DNA from: Flavobacteriales bacterium
GTDB lineage: Bacteria > Bacteroidota > Bacteroidia > NS11-12g > UBA955
Length of the DNA stretch: 64,000 nucleotides
Assembly (NCBI GenBank): GCA_947463095.1
Contig: CANHRE010000001.1
Location: 10,719-74,718 of the forward strand
Direction of reading: 5' to 3'
Below the pieces are notes generated by a model. That model saw nothing but the letters and a program-made list of their open reading frames with translations. It was not told where the DNA came from and did no database searches. The translations under genes were made by a program, and so were the position numbers. How positions within the stretch are numbered: position 1 is the stretch's first letter; the number at the start of each line of letters is the position of its first letter. This document shows positions 48,393 through 57,695 of this stretch, piece after piece.

Positions 48393-50264
48393 TTGCTGCG
48401 CTGTAAAATCCTGCTGATGCTTGCCCTTGTGGGTTGTTGCCTGCGTTTAGCGGGCCAGAATAATCCTGTTCCGCGCGGTGCCGGCGAATTGTTACATGAT
48501 GCTGGAACTTATGAAAACACCCAGCCGGGAAAGAGCATGGAGCTGGCCGCAGAAGCGCTTGAACTGGCCTTAAAGGGTAAAGATCAACAGCATATTGCCG
48601 GATGTTACCTGCTGCTTGGCCGATTGCACCTTACCAATGGCAATAAGGAGCGCGCTGCTGAATTACTGGAAAAGGCATCGGAGGGCTATGGGACGCTTCA
48701 AAATGCTGCAGCCAAGGCCGAGGCCGACCGGCTGCTGGCGCTGGCTCTGGAACGTTCCGGCAAATTGGACAAAGCGGCAGAGGTTCAGAAAAACTACATG
48801 AACTCTTCAGCCATCAGCAAAAAGGATAAAATCAGGGCCAGTGGCAAGAATGCGGAATACATGTACCGCAAGGGGCTGAAAAGCGAAGCAATAAAAGAAT
48901 TGGAGCAGAATCTTCCAGAGGTGCAGCGCGACACGGTGGTGAAGCTGGAACTGATGAACCAGCTGCAGGGAATTTATGGACAAACGGGCGACACGTTGGG
49001 AACCATCAGGATGGCTCAGGAAAATATCGAATTCCTGGCCGTCAATAAATCTGCAGATGCCGCCAGCTTTACCTGGAAATTCGGTGAGGCGCTGCTGAGC
49101 AACGGGAGTGTGAGCACCAGCCTGAACATCAACGAGAAACTGCTCACCGGAGCCCTTAATAATGAAAACTATCTGGTAGCCCGTCAGGCTTACCTGAACC
49201 TGGGATTCACCTATGCGCGCAGCAATGATTATCCGCAGGCCATGCGCATGTTCACGGCAGGATACCAAACCGCGGTGCAGCATCAGGATGCTCTTGGTGA
49301 ACAGGAAGCGCTGCTGCGCATAGCAGAAACAGAGGAACATACCGGGAATTACCCGGCTGCACTCAACGCCTACCAGCGCTATACCATGCTGAAAGATTCC
49401 TTCCGGCATTTGGATGTTCTCGCCGAAGTGCGCAAACTGGGGTTGAACGAGCAATTTGCCCGGCAAGAACAGCGCATAAAAACACTGGAAACCGATCAGA
49501 TTAAACGCGACTGGGAACTGCAAAAACAAAAGCAGGCCATCATCATCCTTGGCGCAGCTGTGCTGCTGTTCCTGTTGCTGCTGTTCCTGTTGTTCAGAGC
49601 CCTGAAAGCCAAACAGCAAGCCAACCTTAGCAATCGACTACAATCGCTGCGCAACCAGATGAACCCGCACTTCATCTTCAACTCGTTAAACTCCGTAAAC
49701 CATTACATCAGCCTGCATCAGGAAAGAGAGGCAAACCGTTACCTGAGTAGCTTCAGCACCCTGATGCGTAGTGTGCTCAGCAATTCGGGAAAGGATTTTA
49801 TCAGCCTGCGTGAAGAATTGGAAATGCTGCGCATTTACACGGACCTGGAACAAGCGCGATTCGCCGACAAATTCGACATACGCTGGGATATGGACGAAGC
49901 CCTTCCCCTGGATGAACTACAGGTGCCTCCGCTGCTGCTGCAGCCCTATGTGGAAAATGCAGTATGGCATGGCCTCAGATATCGGGAAAACCGAGGACTG
50001 TTAAGCATTAAGGTATTCATCCAGGACAATCAACTTTGTTGTTTGATCATAGACGATGGCATCGGCAGGAAACGAAGCAGGGAACTGAAAACCGAAAACC
50101 AAAAGCGCAGCACCGGTACCGGATTGAAGAACACGGAAGAACGTATTGTCATTCTGAACAAGTTGTATAAAACAGGAGTTCGGGTGATGATTGATGATTT
50201 AAACGAGGAAGGTGGCACCTTGGTGCGCATCCTTATTCCATTGAAAAAGGTGGAACCCATATGA
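48393..50264 (+). CDS. sensor histidine kinase (LytS/YehU His_kinase family) with an N-terminal extracytoplasmic TPR domain
   Basis: The order is signal peptide, TPR repeats, one TM helix (AIIILGAAVLLFLLLLFLLF), a His_kinase motif LRNQMNPHFIFNSLNSVNHYI, then HATPase_c. Confidence 0.75.
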   Translation: MLRCKILLMLALVGCCLRLAGQNNPVPRGAGELLHDAGTYENTQPGKSMELAAEALELALKGKDQQHIAGCYLLLGRLHLTNGNKERAAELLEKASEGYGTLQNAAAKAEADRLLALALERSGKLDKAAEVQKNYMNSSAISKKDKIRASGKNAEYMYRKGLKSEAIKELEQNLPEVQRDTVVKLELMNQLQGIYGQTGDTLGTIRMAQENIEFLAVNKSADAASFTWKFGEALLSNGSVSTSLNINEKLLTGALNNENYLVARQAYLNLGFTYARSNDYPQAMRMFTAGYQTAVQHQDALGEQEALLRIAETEEHTGNYPAALNAYQRYTMLKDSFRHLDVLAEVRKLGLNEQFARQEQRIKTLETDQIKRDWELQKQKQAIIILGAAVLLFLLLLFLLFRALKAKQQANLSNRLQSLRNQMNPHFIFNSLNSVNHYISLHQEREANRYLSSFSTLMRSVLSNSGKDFISLREELEMLRIYTDLEQARFADKFDIRWDMDEALPLDELQVPPLLLQPYVENAVWHGLRYRENRGLLSIKVFIQDNQLCCLIIDDGIGRKRSRELKTENQKRSTGTGLKNTEERIVILNKLYKTGVRVMIDDLNEEGGTLVRILIPLKKVEPI

Positions 50265-51022
50265 AACCCTCCATACGCGCTCTGATTGCCGACGATGAAC
50301 AGTCTTGCCGGGAAACCCTAAGGCATTATATATCGCGCTATTGCAACCAAATTGAACTGGTTGGAGAAGCGTATGATGTTCGGGATTGTGTAATGAAAAT
50401 CCGCGCCTTAAAACCCGAATTGGTATTTCTGGATGTAGAAATGCCTTTCGGAAATGCCTTTGATGTGCTGGAGCAAACTGCCGGAGTATTGTATAAAACC
50501 ATATTTGTTACTGCCTTCAGCGAATATGCTATGCGCGCCCTGAATGCAAGCGCGTCGTATTATCTGCTCAAGCCATTAAACATTGACGAATTGATTCGCG
50601 CTGTGGAGAAAGTACAGAATCAAGAAGAACAACCCCAGGAGGTTCAGTCCGGCATCATCAGAGAAAACCTGAGCAGCGGGAAAATCCGGAAAATCCTGAT
50701 TCCCACACTAAGCGGTTTTGAAGTGTTGAAGGTGGATGAAATTATCCGCATCAGCGGGAACGGAAACTATACCGATCTGCATTTAAGCGGTCAGCGGCGC
50801 AAAACGGTGAGCCGTGTGCTGAAATATTTCGACGAACTGCTTCAGGCCGATGGCTTTCTCCGGGTGCATAAAAGCCATTTGGTGAATATGGATTATGCCG
50901 TTGCCTGGCATAGAGGCAAAGGTGGTTTTTTAGAACTCAGCGATGGCAGCGAGGTAGAAGTATCGCCGCAAAAGAAGCAGGATGTACTCACACGTTTAGG
51001 TGCAGGACCCGGTGTTAGCTGA
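50261..51022 (+). CDS. LytTR-family two-component response regulator
   Basis: The receiver domain is ALIADDEQ...VFLDVEMP and the C-terminal LytTR DNA-binding domain is LRVHKSHLVNMDY. It overlaps the kinase gene by 4 nt. Confidence 0.85.
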   Translation: MKPSIRALIADDEQSCRETLRHYISRYCNQIELVGEAYDVRDCVMKIRALKPELVFLDVEMPFGNAFDVLEQTAGVLYKTIFVTAFSEYAMRALNASASYYLLKPLNIDELIRAVEKVQNQEEQPQEVQSGIIRENLSSGKIRKILIPTLSGFEVLKVDEIIRISGNGNYTDLHLSGQRRKTVSRVLKYFDELLQADGFLRVHKSHLVNMDYAVAWHRGKGGFLELSDGSEVEVSPQKKQDVLTRLGAGPGVS

Positions 51023-52175
51023 ACATACCCACCAGCAAATCAATATCCTGGTAGCGAATTCCGAACTTTTCTGCCAGCGTTTTATTGGTAAGCACCCCCT
51101 TGAGCAAGTAAGTTCCCTTGCGCGCGCCGGCCCGGTAGCGCAGATACTCATGAAAGCCCCCTGTATCGGCCATATCCATCAGCAGTGGAGTAAAAATATT
51201 ACTCAAGGCATAACTGGCCGTGCGGCTCACCCTTGATGCGATGTTGGGCACACAATAATGAATTACGTCGTGCTTTCTGTAAATGGGTTTTTCGTGGTTG
51301 GTTACTTCGCTGGTTTCGAAGTTTCCGCCGCGGTCAATACTCACATCAATCATCACGCTGCGGGGACGCATCTGCATCACCATCTGTTCGGTAACCACCA
51401 CCGGACTGCGTCCCGCTTTTCCGCGCAGGGCGCCAATCACCACATCACTCCTGGAAATGGCGTGTTCTAGTACATTGGGATGGATGGTGCTGGTAAAAAT
51501 GCTGCGCCCTAGTAAATTCTGCAGTCGCCTCAAACGGTACACATTGTTGTCAAAAACCTTCACGTTTGCCCCCAAAGCCAGGGCTGTGCGAGCGGCGTAT
51601 TCTCCCACTGCGCCCGCACCGATGATTACTACTTGCGTGGGGGGGATTCCGGCAAAACCTCCCAACAGTTCACCCTTCCCAACCTGGGTATTGGTTAACA
51701 GTTCTGCTGCAATCATGATGCTAGCTGTTCCGGCCATTTCGCTCATGGCCCTGATTACCGGCAATGCTCCGGAATCGTCTTCCAGGAATTCATAGGCCAC
51801 GGCATTCACCCTTTTTTCCATCAGCCTGCGCAACAACACCTCATCCAACTGATCCAGTTGCAGCGCGCTTATAATGAGCTGTCCGGGGTGCATCAGGTCT
51901 ATTTCTTTTGAAGTAGGAGGATCGATTTTCAAAACGATATCGCAGTGATAAACCTCGTCCTTACCCTGGGAAATTTCTGCACCTGCTTCACTGTACTGCC
52001 GGTCTGTGAAGTGCGAGGCATTACCTGCCCCTGTTTCTACGACCACTGCATGGCCATTGGCGGTAAGGTAGGAAACAGAACTGGGCGTCAGTGCAACCCT
52101 GCTCTCCTGGAAGGTGATCTCCCTTGGAATCCCAATCTTCAATCCATTGCTTTTCTGCTTGATGCCCTTGGCCAT
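51015..52175 (-). CDS. ald: alanine dehydrogenase
   Basis: The start was chosen at MAKGIKQKSNGLKIGIPREI. The AlaDH/PNT N-terminal domain and the Rossmann motif VVIIGAGAVG are present. The ORF extends to 52268. Confidence 0.7.
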   Translation of the reverse strand: MAKGIKQKSNGLKIGIPREITFQESRVALTPSSVSYLTANGHAVVVETGAGNASHFTDRQYSEAGAEISQGKDEVYHCDIVLKIDPPTSKEIDLMHPGQLIISALQLDQLDEVLLRRLMEKRVNAVAYEFLEDDSGALPVIRAMSEMAGTASIMIAAELLTNTQVGKGELLGGFAGIPPTQVVIIGAGAVGEYAARTALALGANVKVFDNNVYRLRRLQNLLGRSIFTSTIHPNVLEHAISRSDVVIGALRGKAGRSPVVVTEQMVMQMRPRSVMIDVSIDRGGNFETSEVTNHEKPIYRKHDVIHYCVPNIASRVSRTASYALSNIFTPLLMDMADTGGFHEYLRYRAGARKGTYLLKGVLTNKTLAEKFGIRYQDIDLLVGMFS

Positions 52176-52430
52176 AGGCTGTGCCTCTGGAGCCGATTTT
52201 TCTTCAGGGATAGAATATTCAGGTAAGTTTACGGACATGATGTAGGCAATGTTTGGTTTTTTATACACCTGGGCCGCTGTCTATACCTTGAGCAGCGCTT
52301 AAGGGTTTTCCTATGCGGCAACCCGGACTGTATTTTGTTCAAATTTACAAAATATGTGCAGTAGGAATGGCGTTTTATGCACAAGAAGGAACGGATTCCT
52401 TCATGAGTATCTTATTTTTGCAAGATTACG

Positions 52431-53699
52431 GTGAGAAAAAGGAAACTTAATAGTCAACAAGCAGCAATAATTACAGGATTGATTTCCTGTTTGTTTCTGC
52501 TGCTGCCCGAATTAAGGGCTCAGGTTCCCGTTGCCTTGCCGGAAACCGAAAATAGTCTGGAACGAATTGACAGCCTTACTTGTTTGCTGCTGGAGAACAT
52601 TCCCAACCACGATGCATTTCGCTGCGAAAGCCAATGGTACGAGCAATTGAGTGCCGCCTCATTCCATGACGACATGCTGCTCATGGGCAGTGCCATCCCA
52701 CTGGATTACAACAGTTTTGTAAAACAGAACCTCTATTCACTGAACGTTGCGTCATCAGCCTATTTTGATCGTCTCCATCAGCGTAAACTCATCTATTTCC
52801 CCATCTTTGAGCAAGTACTGGATCGATTCAATCTGCCTCAGGAATTGAAATACGTGTCCATCATCGAATCAAGCCTGAACCCGAATGCGGTTTCATGGTG
52901 CGGAGCAACCGGTTTGTGGCAGTTCATGCCCTACACCGGTAAGATGTATGAAATGCGTATCGACCAATATGTAGACGAGCGCAAAAGCATCATCCAAAGT
53001 ACTGAAAAGGCCTGTGAGTTTTTTAAATCCAGCTATGAACTGTTCGGCGACTGGCTGTTGGCCATCGCTTCCTATAACTGCGGTCCTGGGAATGTTAGAA
53101 AAGCCATCGCACGCAGCGGTGGAAAGAAGACCTTCTGGGAAATAAAGCCCTACCTGCCTAAGGAAACGCAAAATTATATCCCCCGCTTCCTGGCTATGGC
53201 CTATGTGATGAATTTCACCCATCTGGGGGATGACGGACAGAACGGACGTTCTCTGCTCACAGCCAGGGTGCAGGTTGATTCGCTCATTCATCTGGAACAT
53301 ATCGCCAGGTTTCTGGAAGTTCCTGTTCAGGAAATTAAATCCTACAACGAACACTATATCAGACAGGTGGTGCCAGAAACAGGGAAAAACGAAATCATCC
53401 TTCCCTACAACCTTGCCATGGCATACCTCGAGCATGAACAGGAAATTTTCTCCTATGCACGAGAACAAATTGCACTGGCCAAAGCCGCTGAACCGGTTTA
53501 TGAAAAACAAACCATCACAGTTCATCATAAAGTGCGTAAAGGCGAAACCGTTTACAGCATCGCTTCAAAACACAAGGTTACTGTTTCCCAGGTTAGATCC
53601 TGGAATCATCTGGGCAAAACAACCCTGAAAGCAGGACAAACCCTGGTAATCAAAAAAACCTCTTGGGTGCGCGTTAATCCAGAGTACACCGCTCCTTAA
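52431..53699 (+). CDS. lytic murein transglycosylase (MltD-like: SLT domain plus C-terminal LysM). GTG start.
   Basis: A signal peptide is followed by the SLT catalytic motif ESSLNPNAVSWCGATGLWQFMPYT and a C-terminal LysM (VRKGETVYSIASKHKVTVSQVRSWNHL). Confidence 0.8.
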   Translation: MRKRKLNSQQAAIITGLISCLFLLLPELRAQVPVALPETENSLERIDSLTCLLLENIPNHDAFRCESQWYEQLSAASFHDDMLLMGSAIPLDYNSFVKQNLYSLNVASSAYFDRLHQRKLIYFPIFEQVLDRFNLPQELKYVSIIESSLNPNAVSWCGATGLWQFMPYTGKMYEMRIDQYVDERKSIIQSTEKACEFFKSSYELFGDWLLAIASYNCGPGNVRKAIARSGGKKTFWEIKPYLPKETQNYIPRFLAMAYVMNFTHLGDDGQNGRSLLTARVQVDSLIHLEHIARFLEVPVQEIKSYNEHYIRQVVPETGKNEIILPYNLAMAYLEHEQEIFSYAREQIALAKAAEPVYEKQTITVHHKVRKGETVYSIASKHKVTVSQVRSWNHLGKTTLKAGQTLVIKKTSWVRVNPEYTAP

Positions 53700-53743
53700 A
53701 TTCGGCAGCAACTGCAACTTACTCCGCTTAGCTTTGCGGAACG

Positions 53744-54784
53744 ATGTATAGGCATCTTCGTTTTATAGCACCCTTACTGCTGTTTGTTGCTTGCGGAAAG
53801 CACAAGCCGGAATCCACTTCCATGGTTTCACATGGCATGCCCGCAGAAGTGCTGCTTGTAGGCGCTGCAGCCACTGAAGCCTGGCTAAAGCCCCTGCTTG
53901 ATTCAGGAATTGGTGGTCCGCAAGCCGGCCTCTCACCTGCAGAACCCCGCTACCGATGTTCATTCATACACCCAGAAGAAGCACAGGGCGATGCGCTTGG
54001 TGCGGCATTGATTATTCTGGTAAAAAATAGGCAGGCTGAAAACAGAAAGCTGAATACCCTCTGGGAAGAAGCAAACCAAAAAGCTGATAGGAAATCAGGC
54101 ATACTTGTGGCTGGTGATGTATGGGCAAAAGGACAAAAAGTGCTGCTTTTGGAAGCCTCCTCAGAAAATCAAGTGCGCGAACTTGCCTCTGCCGGAGGCA
54201 GGCTTGCCGATGTACTGTTTGAATCGGAATGCGCCATTGGCCTCTACGGCGGTTTGCTTCCCAATAAATACTCCGACAGCGTGATGAACAGGGTGGCCGG
54301 CGATTTTGGCTTCAGCTTCCCACTGCCCCCGCAGTTCCGCCTGGTACAGTCGAACAAGGAAATGCTCTGGTTTATCTGGGAAGGCCGAGACTTCCGCGCT
54401 AACCTTTGGGTGAATATCCTGCCAGAAACGATGAGCAATGTTTCTGTAGACCGGATGATTCAGCTGCGGGATACCTTCGCAGCCCGTTATATCAGAGGAA
54501 ATCAGGGTTTGAACATGACCAGCAGCCGAAGCACAGAATATCCTTCATTTGAATCCCCATTAAACAAAATACCCGGCTGGCGGGGCTGGTGGACCATCAG
54601 CGGTCAATGGCAACGTGGGCCCTACAGGCGCTTCCTGATGAACGACCCGGCAGGACAGCGCTGCATCTGGCTGGAAGGATTTCTGGAGGCACCGGAAATA
54701 GCCAATAATCCCTATTACCGCATGTTTGACCTGATAGCTGCAGGTTTTAACTTTACAAACAACAACTCGGTGGCGCGGCCATGA
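53744..54784 (+). CDS. hypothetical lipoprotein
   Basis: 346 aa. The lipoprotein signal is LLLFVACGK. I recognise no catalytic motifs. Its stop overlaps the purN start. Confidence 0.45.
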   Translation: MYRHLRFIAPLLLFVACGKHKPESTSMVSHGMPAEVLLVGAAATEAWLKPLLDSGIGGPQAGLSPAEPRYRCSFIHPEEAQGDALGAALIILVKNRQAENRKLNTLWEEANQKADRKSGILVAGDVWAKGQKVLLLEASSENQVRELASAGGRLADVLFESECAIGLYGGLLPNKYSDSVMNRVAGDFGFSFPLPPQFRLVQSNKEMLWFIWEGRDFRANLWVNILPETMSNVSVDRMIQLRDTFAARYIRGNQGLNMTSSRSTEYPSFESPLNKIPGWRGWWTISGQWQRGPYRRFLMNDPAGQRCIWLEGFLEAPEIANNPYYRMFDLIAAGFNFTNNNSVARP

Positions 54785-55341
54785 AACACATTGTGGTCTT
54801 TGCCTCCGGTAACGGCAGCAATGCCATGAACCTGGCTGCCCATTTCAATAGTGAAACCAAGGCAAGGGTGGTTGCGGTGTTTTGCAATAATCCAGAAGCA
54901 GGAATTATTGAAAAGGCCAGCGCTGCCAACATTCCCGTGGTGCTGTTCAACCGCACACAAATGCAAGAGCCGGGATTTCTAGAAACCGCCTTGGAAGAGT
55001 ACAAACCCGACCTTATTGCCCTTGCAGGATTCCTGTGGCTGTTCCCGGCAAGATTGGTTAAACTGTACCCAAACCGCATCGTAAATATCCACCCTGCCCT
55101 GCTGCCGGCCTATGGCGGAAAAGGCATGTACGGCGACCATGTGCATCGCGCTGTGCTTCATAACAAGGAAACCCGCCATGGTATTACCGTACACCTGGTA
55201 AACGAACACTACGATGAAGGGCGAATCCTGCTTCAGGAATCTTTTGATCTAAGCCCGGCTGATACGCTGGAATCTATAAAACAGCGCATCCACGAACTGG
55301 AATACCGCCTCTTCCCCGCAGCCCTGGAACAGTTGCTGTAA
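54781..55341 (+). CDS. purN: phosphoribosylglycinamide formyltransferase
   Basis: 186 aa. The motifs VFASGNGSN and NIHPALLPAYGG are present. Confidence 0.85.
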   Translation: MKHIVVFASGNGSNAMNLAAHFNSETKARVVAVFCNNPEAGIIEKASAANIPVVLFNRTQMQEPGFLETALEEYKPDLIALAGFLWLFPARLVKLYPNRIVNIHPALLPAYGGKGMYGDHVHRAVLHNKETRHGITVHLVNEHYDEGRILLQESFDLSPADTLESIKQRIHELEYRLFPAALEQLL

Positions 55342-55366
55342 GTCAGCGGGGTTGTACCTTTGCCGC

Positions 55367-56512
55367 ATGCATTTCGAAACCAAAGTGCTGCACGCCGGCA
55401 TTGAACCGGATCCGTCTACCGGAGCCATCATGACCCCCATCTTTCAGACCAGCACCTATGTTCAAGCCGCCCCCGGCGAGCACAAAGGCTATGAATACGC
55501 CAGAACGCAAAACCCCACCCGCAATGTGCTGCAGCAAAACCTCGCCGCCCTGGAAGGCGCGGCGCACGGCCTTTGCTTCTCCACCGGCATGGGTGCCGTG
55601 GATGCGGTGATGAAACTGCTGCAACCCGGCGACGAAGTCATCGCCACCAACGACCTGTACGGCGGTACCTACCGCCTGTTTACCAAAATATTCGCGCCCT
55701 ACGGCATCCACTTCCACTTCGTGGATATGGGCAATCCCGAAAAGGTTAATGCCGCCGTGAACGAAAGAACAAAGCTTATTTGGGCAGAAACGCCCACCAA
55801 TCCCCTCCTCAAGATTATTGACATCGCCGCCATGGCCGAAATCAGCAAGGCCGCCGGCGCCCTGCTGGTGGTAGACAATACCTTCGCCTCTCCCTACCTG
55901 CAGCAGCCCATCAGCCTCGGCGCCGACATCGTAATGCACTCGGTGACCAAATACCTCGGCGGCCACTCCGACCTGGTAATGGGCGCGCTGATTACCAACA
56001 GCGACAGCCTCCGCGAGCGGCTGGCATTTATCCAGAACGCCTGCGGTGCCACGCCCGGACCCATGGACTGCTTTCTGGCCCTGCGCGGCATCAAGACCCT
56101 GCACCTGCGCATGCAAAGGCATTGCGAAAACGGAGCCGCCATCGCCGCCTACCTCTCTGAGCATCCGCTGGTGGGCAAGGTGTACTGGCCCGGACTGGAA
56201 ACCCATCCCGGACATCACATCGCGCGGAAGCAGATGCGCGACTTCGGCGGCATGATTTCCTTCACCCTGGCCAATGACACGGTGGAAGCTGCCATGACCT
56301 TCCTGAAAAACACCAAACTGTTCTCCCTGGCTGAATCTCTGGGCGGCGTGGAAAGCCTGGTAGGCCACCCGGCAACCATGACCCATGCCTCCATACCCCG
56401 TGAAGAGCGCATCGCCAACGGACTCAGCGACAGCCTCATCCGCCTGAGCGTAGGTGTAGAGCATGTTAATGACCTGATTGACGACCTGAGCAAGGCGTTG
56501 AAGGCTGTTTAA
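55367..56512 (+). CDS. PLP-dependent trans-sulfuration enzyme (cystathionine gamma-synthase / gamma-lyase family). Compositionally atypical at about 60% GC.
   Basis: The N-terminus TKVLHAG...AIMTPIFQTSTY and a PLP-lysine region SVTKYLGGHSD are present. GC3 is strongly elevated. An antisense ORF at 55343..56464 is a GC artefact. Confidence 0.8.
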   Translation: MHFETKVLHAGIEPDPSTGAIMTPIFQTSTYVQAAPGEHKGYEYARTQNPTRNVLQQNLAALEGAAHGLCFSTGMGAVDAVMKLLQPGDEVIATNDLYGGTYRLFTKIFAPYGIHFHFVDMGNPEKVNAAVNERTKLIWAETPTNPLLKIIDIAAMAEISKAAGALLVVDNTFASPYLQQPISLGADIVMHSVTKYLGGHSDLVMGALITNSDSLRERLAFIQNACGATPGPMDCFLALRGIKTLHLRMQRHCENGAAIAAYLSEHPLVGKVYWPGLETHPGHHIARKQMRDFGGMISFTLANDTVEAAMTFLKNTKLFSLAESLGGVESLVGHPATMTHASIPREERIANGLSDSLIRLSVGVEHVNDLIDDLSKALKAV

Positions 56513-56693
56513 ATACAGGTTCCAAAACTTTCATTAAGTCAATACAAGGAATGAATGCAAAATGGGTCAATAGATTGACCGAATGTGCATTTTCCATGGA
56601 GCATATAAGGGTAAAACCAAGAATTTATCCATGTAATTTTAAAGTTTTAGTTTAAAATTACATGAATCATCTACCCTATCTAAGTTCTAATTC

Positions 56694-57464
56694 ATGAACA
56701 AATCCCGCCTCAAGGCGCTGCTCGACGCTAAAGCCGAACAGTATAACCGAAGGGATTTCGTCCAGAATGACCCCATCCTGATTCCGCATGGCTTCAGCAA
56801 AAAGCAGGACATAGAAATCGCGGCTTTCTTCGCGGCCATGCTGGCCTGGGGACAGCGTGTCACCATTATGGCCAATACTATACGAATTATGGAGGGTATG
56901 GATGGGGCGCCTTACGATTTTATCCTGAATCATGCGGACAATGATCTGAAGCGATTCCGCGGCTTTGTGCACCGTACCTTCAACGAGACCGACCTGCTCT
57001 ATTTCATACACTTCCTGAAGATGCATTACCAAAAGGAAGAGAGTCTGGAATCCGCCTTCAGCCGTTCACTGCGCCGCGGTGATGCCGATTGCGGGAACAC
57101 CCTGATTGGCTTCCACCATTATTTCTTCAGCGAAGAACATCCGGAGCGTACCCGCAAGCATGTCAGCACGCCCGAGCGCGGCAGCGCCTGCAAACGACTG
57201 AACATGTTCCTGCGCTGGATGGTGCGTAAGGACCACAACGGGGTTGACTTCGGAATATGGAACTCCATAAAGCCTTCCCAGCTGATTTGTCCGTTGGATG
57301 TGCATGTGCAGCGGGCCGCCCTGGAACTCGGTTTATTGCAGCGCACCCAGGCCGACTGGAAAGCCGCGCTGGAACTCACGGCCAATCTGAAACACTTCGA
57401 CGCGGAAGACCCTGTGCGCTATGATTTCGCCCTGTTTGGAATCAGTTTGGAAAAATCACGCTAG
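56694..57464 (+). CDS. conserved hypothetical protein (TIGR02757/DUF2400-like)
   Basis: 256 aa. The family assignment is from memory only. The gene is preceded by two perfect palindromes. Confidence 0.4.
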   Translation: MNKSRLKALLDAKAEQYNRRDFVQNDPILIPHGFSKKQDIEIAAFFAAMLAWGQRVTIMANTIRIMEGMDGAPYDFILNHADNDLKRFRGFVHRTFNETDLLYFIHFLKMHYQKEESLESAFSRSLRRGDADCGNTLIGFHHYFFSEEHPERTRKHVSTPERGSACKRLNMFLRWMVRKDHNGVDFGIWNSIKPSQLICPLDVHVQRAALELGLLQRTQADWKAALELTANLKHFDAEDPVRYDFALFGISLEKSR

Positions 57465-57695
57465 ATATAACCAAAAAACTGTCATCCTGAGCTAGTTTAC
57501 CCTGCCTGCCCCCACCGAGTTGCGTAGCAACTGCTTGCCCCCACTGTGGTTCGACATGCTCACCATGACACGCAGCAAGACACCGTGGGGGTGGGGGAGC
57601 GAAGCCGAAGGGAAGGACACCATGACAGGCTTGGTTCCCGACAAGAGTCCAACCCCGCTAATTCCTATGCCAAAACCCGCCGGGTTCGACTCCGC

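Noticed and set aside
55343-56464. A 373-aa minus-strand ORF fully antisense to the trans-sulfuration gene
   Set aside because: It has no recognisable motifs. It is a typical stop-free antisense frame produced by high GC3 in the real gene.
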